DNA of 64,000 nucleotides from an uncultured Treponema sp. (GCA_964453055.1 CAYVOD010000001.1:13118-77117); one strand, 5' to 3'; positions 34,803 to 43,276 are shown, counted from the first letter of the stretch. The notes: a model not told the origin generated them from the letters alone. A program made the numbers and translations.

Positions 34803-36617
34803 ATGAAAGTATTATTTGTACAACTGCCCGTTCAAGATCCCGAGGGCGAAGATTCCAGGGCGAACGTGCCTCTCGCAGCGGGCTACCTGGCGGCCTACGC
34901 CGAATCCCAAGGAATTCTCGACCGCTCCCAATGGACCATTCTCGAGAGCCGTATCAGCGCCTATGGCTCAGATACGGCGATCGTAGAAGCGATCATAGGC
35001 TCCGAGGCTGACTTGGTCTGCTTCAGTCTCTACGCCTGGAACCTGGAGCGCAGTCTTTTCATCGCGGGCAAGGCCAGGGAGCGGATGTCCAGGTCACGGT
35101 TCATAGCCGGCGGGCCTGAGATTGCCGAGGGCATGTCTATCATGGACAGGTCTCCCTTCCACGCCCTCGTCCAGGGCGAGGGAGAGCTCGCCTTCGCGGA
35201 GATCCTTCGAGACATGGAAAAGCACCGCCCGCTGTCCCGGCTCTATAAGGCGAAGGAATTGCTCGATCTATCCACGCTTAGTAGCCCCTACCTGGCGGGG
35301 ACCCTCCCCCTGGTCAAGGATAGGCCGGTCCATGTCGAAACCGTGCGGGGTTGTCCCTATCGCTGCGCCTATTGTTTTTACGGCAAGCAGTACCCGGTCT
35401 TGCGCCGCTTTTCCCAAGAAGATGTCATTTCGCTTGTGAGCCGAGCCTCCCAGGCCGGGGTATCCGAGATATATCTCATGGATCCATCGTTTCAGTACGG
35501 TGATAGGGCCGCGGACGTGCTCAAGCAAATAGCGCAAGCCAACACCGCCGCGATTCCCATCCACGCCGAGCTGCGGCTGGACATGCTGGACGAGGGTTTC
35601 GGCTCCCTGCTCAAGGCCGCGGGCGTAGCCTCGATCGAAGCAGGCCTGCAGAGCACCAATCCCAAGGCCCTGGAGGCAGTGGGCAGGAAGATGGACAGGG
35701 ATGGTTTTGCCCGAGGCGCCGAGATCCTGCAAAAACAGCGTATCCAGGTAAAGACCGGCCTCATTCTCGGCCTCCCCTTCGACGGATATGAACAGGTAAT
35801 CGAGACTTTCGATTTTTTGGGCATGCAGGGTCTCGGCCAGGAAGCCGAGCTTTATCCTTTGTCTTTCCTCCCCGGCACCGACGCGAGGGAAAGGGCCGAC
35901 GAGTGGCGCATGTCCAGGATGGAGCTGCCCCCCTACTGGGTGACCAGCAACGATTGGATATCGGGGGACGACATGGTGGATGCCATATCAGCCTTCGAGG
36001 AAAGCTTCGACGTGGAATGGGCCTCTCCCCCGGCCCCCCATTTCAGCCTGGAGAAGGGCGGATTCAGATCCTTCGTCGACACGAGAAAACTGGAGAATAT
36101 AGATTGGATGCGGCTCAATCCGGGAAAGCTCGCTTCCTCAATCACTCTTCTCGCCGATGCCGATGATCCGGAAAGTCTTTCCAGGCTCGTCAGGGCGGCA
36201 AGGGATTTCAGGCGCGACAACCCCTACAGTCTCTACCAGATCGTGCTCTGCAGCGAGACGCGGATTCCGTCGGAGCGGCTGGTGGAGCGGATCCAGGACG
36301 CCTTCATCTTCCCCGATCATTATTACGAGCTTTCCCATTATTTCTCTCCCGATCCCCAGGAGGGCTACCAGGTGAGAATGTTCTTCGCCACGAAGAATTT
36401 TTCGCTGGCCTACAGGGCAATCGAGGAAGCTCAGGACCTGGAAACGATGATCGTTATCTCGGGAAAGGGCGGCTATAACGCGGACAGGCTCTACGAACTT
36501 CTTCCCTATGTCGTGTTCGACAGGGAAAAGATCCCCTTCGACCGACTCTACCAGCTCTTAGGCCTCTACGCGGACTTTCCCCACATGCTCATCGAGGCTC
36601 CCGAGGATTTGTTCTAG
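34803..36617 (+). CDS. B12-binding-domain radical SAM protein, function unknown
   Basis: The N-terminus is a B12-binding-like Rossmann segment (KVLFVQLP...). The radical SAM cluster motif is RGCPYRCAYCFYG. The C-terminal region of about 250 aa is uncharacterised. Confidence 0.75.
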   Translation: MKVLFVQLPVQDPEGEDSRANVPLAAGYLAAYAESQGILDRSQWTILESRISAYGSDTAIVEAIIGSEADLVCFSLYAWNLERSLFIAGKARERMSRSRFIAGGPEIAEGMSIMDRSPFHALVQGEGELAFAEILRDMEKHRPLSRLYKAKELLDLSTLSSPYLAGTLPLVKDRPVHVETVRGCPYRCAYCFYGKQYPVLRRFSQEDVISLVSRASQAGVSEIYLMDPSFQYGDRAADVLKQIAQANTAAIPIHAELRLDMLDEGFGSLLKAAGVASIEAGLQSTNPKALEAVGRKMDRDGFARGAEILQKQRIQVKTGLILGLPFDGYEQVIETFDFLGMQGLGQEAELYPLSFLPGTDARERADEWRMSRMELPPYWVTSNDWISGDDMVDAISAFEESFDVEWASPPAPHFSLEKGGFRSFVDTRKLENIDWMRLNPGKLASSITLLADADDPESLSRLVRAARDFRRDNPYSLYQIVLCSETRIPSERLVERIQDAFIFPDHYYELSHYFSPDPQEGYQVRMFFATKNFSLAYRAIEEAQDLETMIVISGKGGYNADRLYELLPYVVFDREKIPFDRLYQLLGLYADFPHMLIEAPEDLF

Positions 36618-37591
36618 TACATCGCCTCCAGATCTGCCTTTGACGCGCAATCGCCAGTTCTCAGGTACTCCCTGATGTTGGCCAGGGTCTGGTCCACCGC
36701 TCTGGCAGTGGCTTGGTGGGTAGAACCGCCCACGTGGGGGGAGAGGATCACGTTCGGCAGTTCGTGGATGGGGTAACGAGAGGGCGCGCCTGTCCTTCCG
36801 CTCTGGGGGTAGGTATACCAGGCGTCGATGCCCGCTCCGATAAGGATTCCATCCCTCAGCGCCAGATAGAGCCCCTCCTCGTCGACTATGGGACCCCTGC
36901 CGACGTTGACCAGGAACTTGCCTTTCAAGCCCGCCAGAAGCTCCTTGCTTAACAAGCCTTGGGTGAGATTGGTGGCCGGCAAGGCTACGAAGATTATTTC
37001 AGCTTCGTCCAAGGCGGTTTTCAAGTCCGATACCACCCTGTCGAATCCTTCGGGGACAGCCATTCCGCTCTTTCTTCTCCAGCCGATCACCTGGCAGGAG
37101 AAGGCCTTGAGCAGCTTGGCCAAGGCTTGGCCCACGGCTCCTGTGCCCAGGATGGCGCAGGTTTTGCCATAAATGCTGTTCCAGTTGTCCTCAGCCCCGG
37201 CCTTAACCCAGAATCCGTGCCAGATTTCCTTGCTCAGGTCGTTGTGGTATTCGACGATCCGCCCGTAGAAGGCCAGGCAGAGGGCCAAGGCTTTTTCGGC
37301 CACGTCGAAGGCGTTTGCGTGCACGTTGAAGACCTGGACTCCTCGTTCTCGCAGCTGGGCTAAAGGCAGGTGGTTGATGCCTGTGAAGGACTGGAAGATG
37401 CCCTTGAGCTTGGGGCTTGCCAAGTAGGTTTCTTTTGGAAGATTCCCGGCGAGCATGAGGTCGAGGTCCGAGACTTCTGGCGAGTCGGGTTTTAGCCCCA
37501 ACGAGAAGCTATGGCCTGGGAAATCCTTAGTTAGGGCTTCAAGTCCCTTGTCCCATATCGAGCGCGGGGGCATAAAAGATCCGAAATGCAT
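36614..37591 (-). CDS. D-isomer-specific 2-hydroxyacid dehydrogenase family protein
   Basis: An NAD Rossmann motif GTGAVGQ is present, along with the catalytic-region motifs GRGPIVDE and SPHVGGST. The start was moved to Met22 (MHFGSF), which has GGAGG 10 nt upstream. Confidence 0.8.
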   Translation of the reverse strand: MHFGSFMPPRSIWDKGLEALTKDFPGHSFSLGLKPDSPEVSDLDLMLAGNLPKETYLASPKLKGIFQSFTGINHLPLAQLRERGVQVFNVHANAFDVAEKALALCLAFYGRIVEYHNDLSKEIWHGFWVKAGAEDNWNSIYGKTCAILGTGAVGQALAKLLKAFSCQVIGWRRKSGMAVPEGFDRVVSDLKTALDEAEIIFVALPATNLTQGLLSKELLAGLKGKFLVNVGRGPIVDEEGLYLALRDGILIGAGIDAWYTYPQSGRTGAPSRYPIHELPNVILSPHVGGSTHQATARAVDQTLANIREYLRTGDCASKADLEAMY

Positions 37592-37657
37592 CCTGAGGTT
37601 ACCTCCAGGTTGAATGGTTGGCCACAGGATAAAGTTCTGCTTCTTTCTTGGCAAGCC

Positions 37658-37675
37658 TTCTATAGTGTCACGAAG
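37658..37675 (+). repeat. IS left terminal inverted repeat
   Basis: TTCTATAGTGTCACGAAG. It contains the 13-nt perfect core TAGTGTCACGAAG shared with the right end. Weaker similarity extends about 8 nt further inward. Confidence 0.7.
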
Positions 37676-37701
37676 CTTGCGCAGGAGGAATGAGAATAAG
37701 A

Positions 37702-38829
37702 CTAGCGAAGTGCATAGGCAGGCACATACTCAGGATTTTTCTTACAAGGGGTTGGTGATTGTTTAGTCCAAATCCTTTGGAAGGTCGGCAAGAGCTTCAC
37801 TCGAGAATAGAAGTAGCGTTCAGAAAAATATCCTGAAAGCACCTTATCGATCATCGCTCGAGGGATCCCTGCAGCCTCTGCATGCAGCGTTTTATCAAAG
37901 CACGGTGCTTTTATGCGGAATCTTTTGATGTAATTGTGGTAAAAAAGATAGGCAGCTAAGCGGCACAGTCCGTTAGCCACGTTACGAGAAAAGCATGCTG
38001 TCTCTCTATGATGATTAGCCAGGTCTTTGCGGATCTCCCTGTCCAGATAATTCGAGGCGAACAGTGGGTTTGCAAATGTGCGCGGCAAGTGCGAATTGAT
38101 AGTCTGGTGGATGACGCGATGCTCTTCATCCTGGGTGCGGAAGAGCGGATGCCGATCAAGGGCACGTATATAGTCCGGTTTCTCATCGGTCGTGATGACG
38201 AGTGGGACGAATTTTGCGCGAGGCTTGAGGATACTGAGTGAGTCGAGTACCTCCCTGAATGTTCTGGAGACGCCACATCGCTCGAGAGGGCTTCCCGCAT
38301 AGATCTGAATTGCGTGTCTTCTTTGCGCCGCTGTCATAGCACCCGACCTCCGTCGATTGGCCTGAGACAAGTCAATAACGAAGCGGGAATCAGAGGTGAT
38401 ACTGATCGTCACTTCGCTAGGGAAGTACTGTGAGACATCGAAGGAAACGAATCCATCAACGCAGACAGCTTCGTGGGCACCAATCAGAGGAAGTAAGGAA
38501 GCATGGACTCCGAGAGCTTGCCGAGCAAGCCGCTCCAAACGGTTCTGCACTGAATCGGGAGAAATACCCATAGCCCGGCTTATAGCCCGTCCGCTTGAGG
38601 ATGATACATGACGAAGCAGAAGCTCTGGATAGTTCACAGTTCGTTTCGCATAGTAATCGATGCTAAAGCTTTGCTGCGAAAACCAGTGCCCACAGGAGTT
38701 GCATCGATATCGCCTCACTGTCCCGAAAGCTTGAGTATGGTAGCTCCCCCGCAGAGTATACCATCCTGATTTCTTGCTCTTCTCATGAAGTCGACATGTA
38801 GGATTTGGACAGAATAAAAAAGCGTCCAT
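37702..38829 (-). CDS. IS1-family-like DDE transposase with an N-terminal zinc ribbon
   Basis: A C2C2 zinc ribbon (CPNPTC...YRCNSCGHWFS) is followed by an HTH-like segment (GRAISRAMGISPDSVQNRLERL). Candidate DDE residues lie in VCVDGF, ITTDEKPDY and LDREIRKDL. The tail FSRNVANGLCRLAAYLFYHNY recalls the IS1 InsB tail [21 protein letters not shown]. Confidence 0.6.
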   Translation of the reverse strand: MDAFLFCPNPTCRLHEKSKKSGWYTLRGSYHTQAFGTVRRYRCNSCGHWFSQQSFSIDYYAKRTVNYPELLLRHVSSSSGRAISRAMGISPDSVQNRLERLARQALGVHASLLPLIGAHEAVCVDGFVSFDVSQYFPSEVTISITSDSRFVIDLSQANRRRSGAMTAAQRRHAIQIYAGSPLERCGVSRTFREVLDSLSILKPRAKFVPLVITTDEKPDYIRALDRHPLFRTQDEEHRVIHQTINSHLPRTFANPLFASNYLDREIRKDLANHHRETACFSRNVANGLCRLAAYLFYHNYIKRFRIKAPCFDKTLHAEAAGIPRAMIDKVLSGYFSERYFYSRVKLLPTFQRIWTKQSPTPCKKNPEYVPAYALR

Positions 38830-38903
38830 CTTTTCCTCCTTGTCATGATGCTTTCCACAAAGGTCTACGCTCTTTTACCCTCTGCTTAATTCAATTGTGC
38901 AGT

Positions 38904-38922
38904 CTTCGTGACACTAGTAGAA
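38904..38922 (-). repeat. IS right terminal inverted repeat
   Basis: The reverse complement reads TTCTACTAGTGTCACGAAG. It has a 1-nt indel relative to the left end. Confidence 0.7.
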
Positions 38923-39044
38923 TATTGGGCAGCCCCCAAAAAATGTGATATAGATTAGCAAAGGGATTTTCCGCCGGCCTGATCGTGCCGATACATATAA
39001 GGACAATTCCTGTCTACATGCCGTACCCAAGGAGAGCTGCACGA

Positions 39045-41825
39045 ATGAGAGTAATCGAAAGGCTTCGACGCCTGAGTTTATACGCTGTGCTGGCGGCGTT
39101 GTTACTGGCCACGGGCTGCGCGAGCGCCCCTGCGGCCAAGGAGACGAGCCTCACCGATCTGGTCGTCGCCGGAGACATCAACGCCATCAAAAAATTCTAC
39201 GCGAACCAAGAGCAGCTCAACCAGAAGGATGCCCAGGGTCTTTATCCCCTGCACTACGCGGTGCAGCGCGGAGATCCGCAGATAGCCGAGATACTCATCG
39301 TCTTGGGAGCCAAGCCCGACGTGACTGATCCCGCGGGCAAAAGCCCGCTGCGCTATGCCATAGACAGGAAACTGCCATTAATGGCTTCGATGTTGGTGGA
39401 TCGATCCGCCGACCCATTCATCGCAGACGCCTCAGGCTCTACCCCCGCCGAGGCGGCGCTCCTGGCCGGAACGGAGATGGTACGCGCCGTATTCAACGCC
39501 AAAAACATAAACGCTTCTGGCAAGGACGGCAGGACCGTCCTCCATATGGCTTCGGACAAGCTGATGGTGAACGAGGTCGGGACACTCCTGGAATTGGGAG
39601 CTTCGGTTCAAACCAAGGACAAGGCGGACAGGACGGCCCTTGATCTTGCCTTGCTCTACCCAGACCGAAAAGAAGCGGCGATGATAGCCGAGAAACTTAT
39701 AAAGGGTGGCGCCAATCCGTCGTTCCCCGAATTTTCCTGGTTCGCCACTACGGTGCGCTCCAATGACTTCAACACTGTCCGGTTCAGCAACGGCAACACG
39801 CCCCTGCACGAATCCATCTCCCGTTTCCAGCTGGGCTTTGCGGATTTCTTGCTTTCCCGGGGGTTGACGCCAAATATCAAGAACGTGAACGGCGACGCGC
39901 CCTTGCACACCACGGTAAGGACAGGATGGCTCGAAGGGGCAGAGATCCTGCTGAAGAACGGCGCCGATCCGGATATACGCGACGCGAAGGGCAACACTTC
40001 CTTGCACTTGGCTTCGCCTCAGACGGTTCGCCTATCTATGACCAAGCTCCTCCTGCGTTACAAAGCCGATCCGTCGCTGAAAGACATGGAGGGAAACACC
40101 GCCCTCCACAAAGCCGTCAAGCTCGCGTACGAGCCGCTTATTGTGGAAGAGCTCATAAAGGCGGGCACGCCGGTGAACTCGGCCAACCTCGATGGCGATA
40201 CGCCCCTCATGATCTGCGTCAAGGCTGGAAATTATCAATATGCAGATGCGCTGATCACGGCAGGTTCCGACGTATTCCTCCGCAACCTGGCTGGCGAAAG
40301 TCCCCTTTCGATCGCCGTGGCACGCGGGACTCAGGCCGTGGACAAGATTGTCCTGGAATCCAATGTCAATAATCGGGATAATGTGGGAAACAGCGTCATA
40401 GCCACGGCTGTGGCCATGAAGGGTTCGCCGGAAGTCATCTCGCTCATTCTGGCCAAGGGAGGGGATCCCAATACGAGAAACAATTCCGGCGACAACGCCC
40501 TACACGTAGCGGTTAGGCTGAATCTAGCCCAGCAAGGGCTTCTGCTGCTCAACGCCAAGGCCGATATCTTCCCATCAAACTCGGCAAACGAAACTCCTGT
40601 ATTCCTGGCTTTAGCGGCAAAGGACGGCCCCTATGACTGGTTTTTCACCTCCGCCGTGATCACTGCCCGTGACTCGAATGGCGATACCGTGGGTCACCTC
40701 GCGGCCCGGAAGGACTTAGCCGACGGACTGGATTACCTGCGCGGCAAGGGCGCCGATTTGGAAGCGGTGAACGCTGCCAAGGAAACTCTGCTCCACGCGG
40801 CGGTAAAAACCGACGCCGCAGAGGCTACCAGGTACCTTATAGCCAATGGCGCCGTGCTTTCGGCCCGGGACGGCAACGGCGACGCCCCTCTCAATACGGC
40901 CGTGCTCTCGGGAGCCAAGACCTGCCTGCGGGTTTTGGTTCTATCAGGTGTCGATTTAAATGCTAGAAACTATACCGGAGAAGCTGCGCTGCACCAGGCC
41001 GTGCGCAAACAGAACAGCGAATTCGCCATCTACCTGGTCGATAGAGGCGCTTCCCTGGAAGTGCGAGACAACCGAGGCTTCACCCCCTTGGCAGCTGCCG
41101 CCCGGGAAGCCCAAACGACGATCGCCCAGTATCTGATCAAGGCCGGCGCATTCATCGACGCCAGGGATTATGCAGGCTCGACGCCGCTCTATCAGGCGGT
41201 GGACTCTGGCCAGCTGGATCTCATCCGCGGTCTCGTGCAAGCCGGAGCAGATATACTGGCCAAAAACGCCGCAGGTGACTCCGTGCTTCTCTCGTCGCTC
41301 AAGAAGGGTTTGGGAGTAATGCGAGAAATCCTTGGCAATTCTGCTAAGGACAAGGCGGACTCGGAAGGCAAGACGCCGCTGCGGCATCTTGTGCAGGCGA
41401 GAGCCACCGTCGACGCTCTCAAGCTCGCGCTTTCCGCGGGCGCCGATCCCTCTAGCAGGGACCGCTACGCCGACACCCCTCTCCATGCCGCGATCCGGCA
41501 GAAGGACACGGAAACAGTAGCCCTCCTCCTTACCGCAGGCGCAGATCCCTTCGCTCCCAACTCCAGCAGCGAAAGCCCCATCTCTCTCGTATTGGAGGAA
41601 AACTCGGAATCTTCCTTGCGCAACTTTGTCAGCGCCGCTGGGCTGGAAACAAAGGACTCAATGGGAGAAGGTTTCCTGCATTACGCGGTCAGGAAAAACA
41701 AGGTCGAAGCGGTCAAGGTCCTGCTCTCGCTGGGCGCGAGCAAGGCGGCTCGAAACAACGCCGGCGAAACGGCGAAGGATGTTGCCGTAGCGAAGGGGAT
41801 GAACGACATTCAGGCTCTGTTCTAG
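39045..41825 (+). CDS. ankyrin-repeat lipoprotein (about 25 ANK repeats)
   Basis: A lipoprotein signal with the lipobox LLATGC is followed by about 25 consecutive 33-aa repeats of the G-(x)TPLH-xA...LL..GA(D/N) type. The start was moved to Met21, which has AAGGAG upstream. Confidence 0.88.
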   Translation: MRVIERLRRLSLYAVLAALLLATGCASAPAAKETSLTDLVVAGDINAIKKFYANQEQLNQKDAQGLYPLHYAVQRGDPQIAEILIVLGAKPDVTDPAGKSPLRYAIDRKLPLMASMLVDRSADPFIADASGSTPAEAALLAGTEMVRAVFNAKNINASGKDGRTVLHMASDKLMVNEVGTLLELGASVQTKDKADRTALDLALLYPDRKEAAMIAEKLIKGGANPSFPEFSWFATTVRSNDFNTVRFSNGNTPLHESISRFQLGFADFLLSRGLTPNIKNVNGDAPLHTTVRTGWLEGAEILLKNGADPDIRDAKGNTSLHLASPQTVRLSMTKLLLRYKADPSLKDMEGNTALHKAVKLAYEPLIVEELIKAGTPVNSANLDGDTPLMICVKAGNYQYADALITAGSDVFLRNLAGESPLSIAVARGTQAVDKIVLESNVNNRDNVGNSVIATAVAMKGSPEVISLILAKGGDPNTRNNSGDNALHVAVRLNLAQQGLLLLNAKADIFPSNSANETPVFLALAAKDGPYDWFFTSAVITARDSNGDTVGHLAARKDLADGLDYLRGKGADLEAVNAAKETLLHAAVKTDAAEATRYLIANGAVLSARDGNGDAPLNTAVLSGAKTCLRVLVLSGVDLNARNYTGEAALHQAVRKQNSEFAIYLVDRGASLEVRDNRGFTPLAAAAREAQTTIAQYLIKAGAFIDARDYAGSTPLYQAVDSGQLDLIRGLVQAGADILAKNAAGDSVLLSSLKKGLGVMREILGNSAKDKADSEGKTPLRHLVQARATVDALKLALSAGADPSSRDRYADTPLHAAIRQKDTETVALLLTAGADPFAPNSSSESPISLVLEENSESSLRNFVSAAGLETKDSMGEGFLHYAVRKNKVEAVKVLLSLGASKAARNNAGETAKDVAVAKGMNDIQALF

Positions 41826-41842
41826 AAATTGTTGAGCTAGCG

Positions 41843-41886
41843 AGGCGAGCAAAAAAGCCGGGTGGCTTTTTTGCTCGCCTTTTTTA
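41843..41886 (+). terminator. rho-independent terminator after the ankyrin gene
   Basis: A 17-bp stem AGGCGAGCAAAAAAGCC / GGCTTTTTTGCTCGCCT with a 4-nt loop is followed by TTTTTT. Confidence 0.85.
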
Positions 41887-41998
41887 TTCAGCTTCGTTAA
41901 TCTTGCTGCTAGAAGGCTTGTTCTGGGGAGGCAGACGAATTCCACTGTTTTGCGTAAGTCTATGCTGAAGGCTGGGCTTCTTTTTAATTCGGCGGAAT

Positions 41999-43027
41999 TC
42001 AGCCGCCGCATTCCGAGAGTTCTTCCCTCTCCCTAAGCTTCTCCAAGGCACGTTCCTGGATTTGCCGCACCCTTTCCCTGGTTATTCCCAACGCCTTGCC
42101 TGTCTCTTCGAGGGTATGGGTCAGTTCGCCTGAGAGGCCGTAGCGCAGTCTCAGGATGGTGGTTTCTCGCGCGCTCAAGCCCTGAAGCACGCAGTCGAGC
42201 ACTTCCTTCAAGGTGGTTTTAAAAACCTCGGAGTATGGATCGACAATCGTATCGTCGCGTATCAGCTCCGAAAGCGACGTGGAATTGTCGTCGTCGATGG
42301 CGGAATCGAGGCTCGCCGTGCTCTGGGAAAATTCCATGACCTTGATCAGCTTCTGCCTGCTCATGTTCAGCCTGTCGGCGAGTTCGTCCAGCCCGGGATC
42401 GCGGCTGAGCTCCTGGGTTAACTGCTTCGAGGTGTAATAGCATTTTCTGATGATGTTGAGCATATGCACGGGGATCCGAATCACCCTTCCCTGATCGGCC
42501 AGGCTTTTGATGATCGCCTGCCGAATCCACCACGTAGCGTAGGTGGAAAAGCGGTAGCCTCTGCTGTAGTCAAATCGCCCAACAGCTTCAAGAAGCCCGA
42601 TATTCCCCTCGTCTATCAGGTCCAGGAGGCCCAAGCCCCTATGCTGATAGCCCTTCGCTATCGATACCACCAGCCGGAGGTTTGCCTTTACCATTTTCTG
42701 CTTGGCGTCGGTCAGCTTCTGTTCCGTTTCCTGTATTTCGCGCTTCCCATCGATCAAGTCGTCGGAGGTGACCGCCTTTGCCCGCAAGTTTTCCAAGACT
42801 GAAGCAAGCTCGCTGATTTCCTTGCCGAGGGCTTGTTCCTCGCCGGCGCTGAGCAATTCGACCTTGGATATCTGATAGAGGTAAAGGGAGAGAGGATCCT
42901 GTTCTTCGGTCTCGGCTTTATCGTGCCTGGATTTTTTATAACTTTTATGCGCGGCTTGGGCTGAGCTTCGCAGTCCTGTACTGCCCTTAGAGGTCGAAAC
43001 ATCGTCATACGGCCAAGGCTGTACCAT
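41999..43027 (-). CDS. RNA polymerase sigma factor, sigma-70 family group 2 (RpoS/RpoD-like, short)
   Basis: Regions 1.2 to 4 are recognisable (DLIDEGNIGLLEAVGRFDYSRGYRFSTYATWWIRQAI, RVIRIPVHM, and the region 4 HTH LEETGKALGITRERVRQI). No long region 1.1 or non-conserved spacer is present. Confidence 0.85.
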   Translation of the reverse strand: MVQPWPYDDVSTSKGSTGLRSSAQAAHKSYKKSRHDKAETEEQDPLSLYLYQISKVELLSAGEEQALGKEISELASVLENLRAKAVTSDDLIDGKREIQETEQKLTDAKQKMVKANLRLVVSIAKGYQHRGLGLLDLIDEGNIGLLEAVGRFDYSRGYRFSTYATWWIRQAIIKSLADQGRVIRIPVHMLNIIRKCYYTSKQLTQELSRDPGLDELADRLNMSRQKLIKVMEFSQSTASLDSAIDDDNSTSLSELIRDDTIVDPYSEVFKTTLKEVLDCVLQGLSARETTILRLRYGLSGELTHTLEETGKALGITRERVRQIQERALEKLREREELSECGG

Positions 43028-43091
43028 GGTAGTTCGGCCCTTACTTTAAAAAATACCGGTCCTCGCAGAGCCGTCCGGAAGCAATGCGATT

Positions 43092-43106
43092 TATTGTCAT
43101 ACAATA
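43092..43106. promoter_or_regulatory. 15-bp perfect palindrome, candidate GntR/FadR-type operator
   Basis: TATTGTCATACAATA has 6-bp arms and a 3-nt centre. It fits the t.GT-N3-AC.a pattern of FadR-subfamily operators. It lies 65-80 nt upstream of the sigma-factor ORF. Confidence 0.4.
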
Positions 43107-43227
43107 TCATTACCAAAAGAAAAAATAAAGAGCCATTATATATGAAAAAAATTCGAGCTCATGAGTTCGCGCTCTGGGCTCGCTCCTTAGGCCAGCGATA
43201 TAAGCGATTTTTTACATGGATTTTTTC

Positions 43228-43256
43228 TTGACAGATTTGCATATGGATTCTATTCT
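43228..43256 (+). promoter_or_regulatory. candidate sigma70 promoter of the nagA-like/gntR/TRAP operon
   Basis: TTGACA (43228-43233), a 17-nt spacer, then TATTCT (43251-43256). Confidence 0.5.
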
Positions 43257-43265
43257 CGGAGTAGG

Positions 43266-43276
43266 ATGTCATACAA
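43266..43276. promoter_or_regulatory. second copy of the GTCATACAA operator-like motif
   Basis: ATGTCATACAA shares 10 of 11 nt with the core of the 43092-43106 palindrome. It starts 10 nt downstream of the -10 hexamer. Confidence 0.35.

Larger units (their letters stand above)
37658..38922 (-). mobile_element. insertion sequence, IS1-family-like, single ORF (about 1.27 kb)
   Basis: Terminal inverted repeats flank one transposase ORF. GC content is visibly lower than in the neighbouring genes. The element is inserted in the divergent intergenic region between the dehydrogenase and ankyrin genes. Confidence 0.65.

Noticed and set aside
37648-38934. I looked for a target-site duplication flanking the IS element.
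   Set aside because: The flanking decamers TTGGCAAGCC and TTGGGCAGCC differ at two positions. They are also not placed symmetrically relative to the inverted repeats, because two extra nucleotides lie on the right side. I cannot call this a TSD without other copies of the element.
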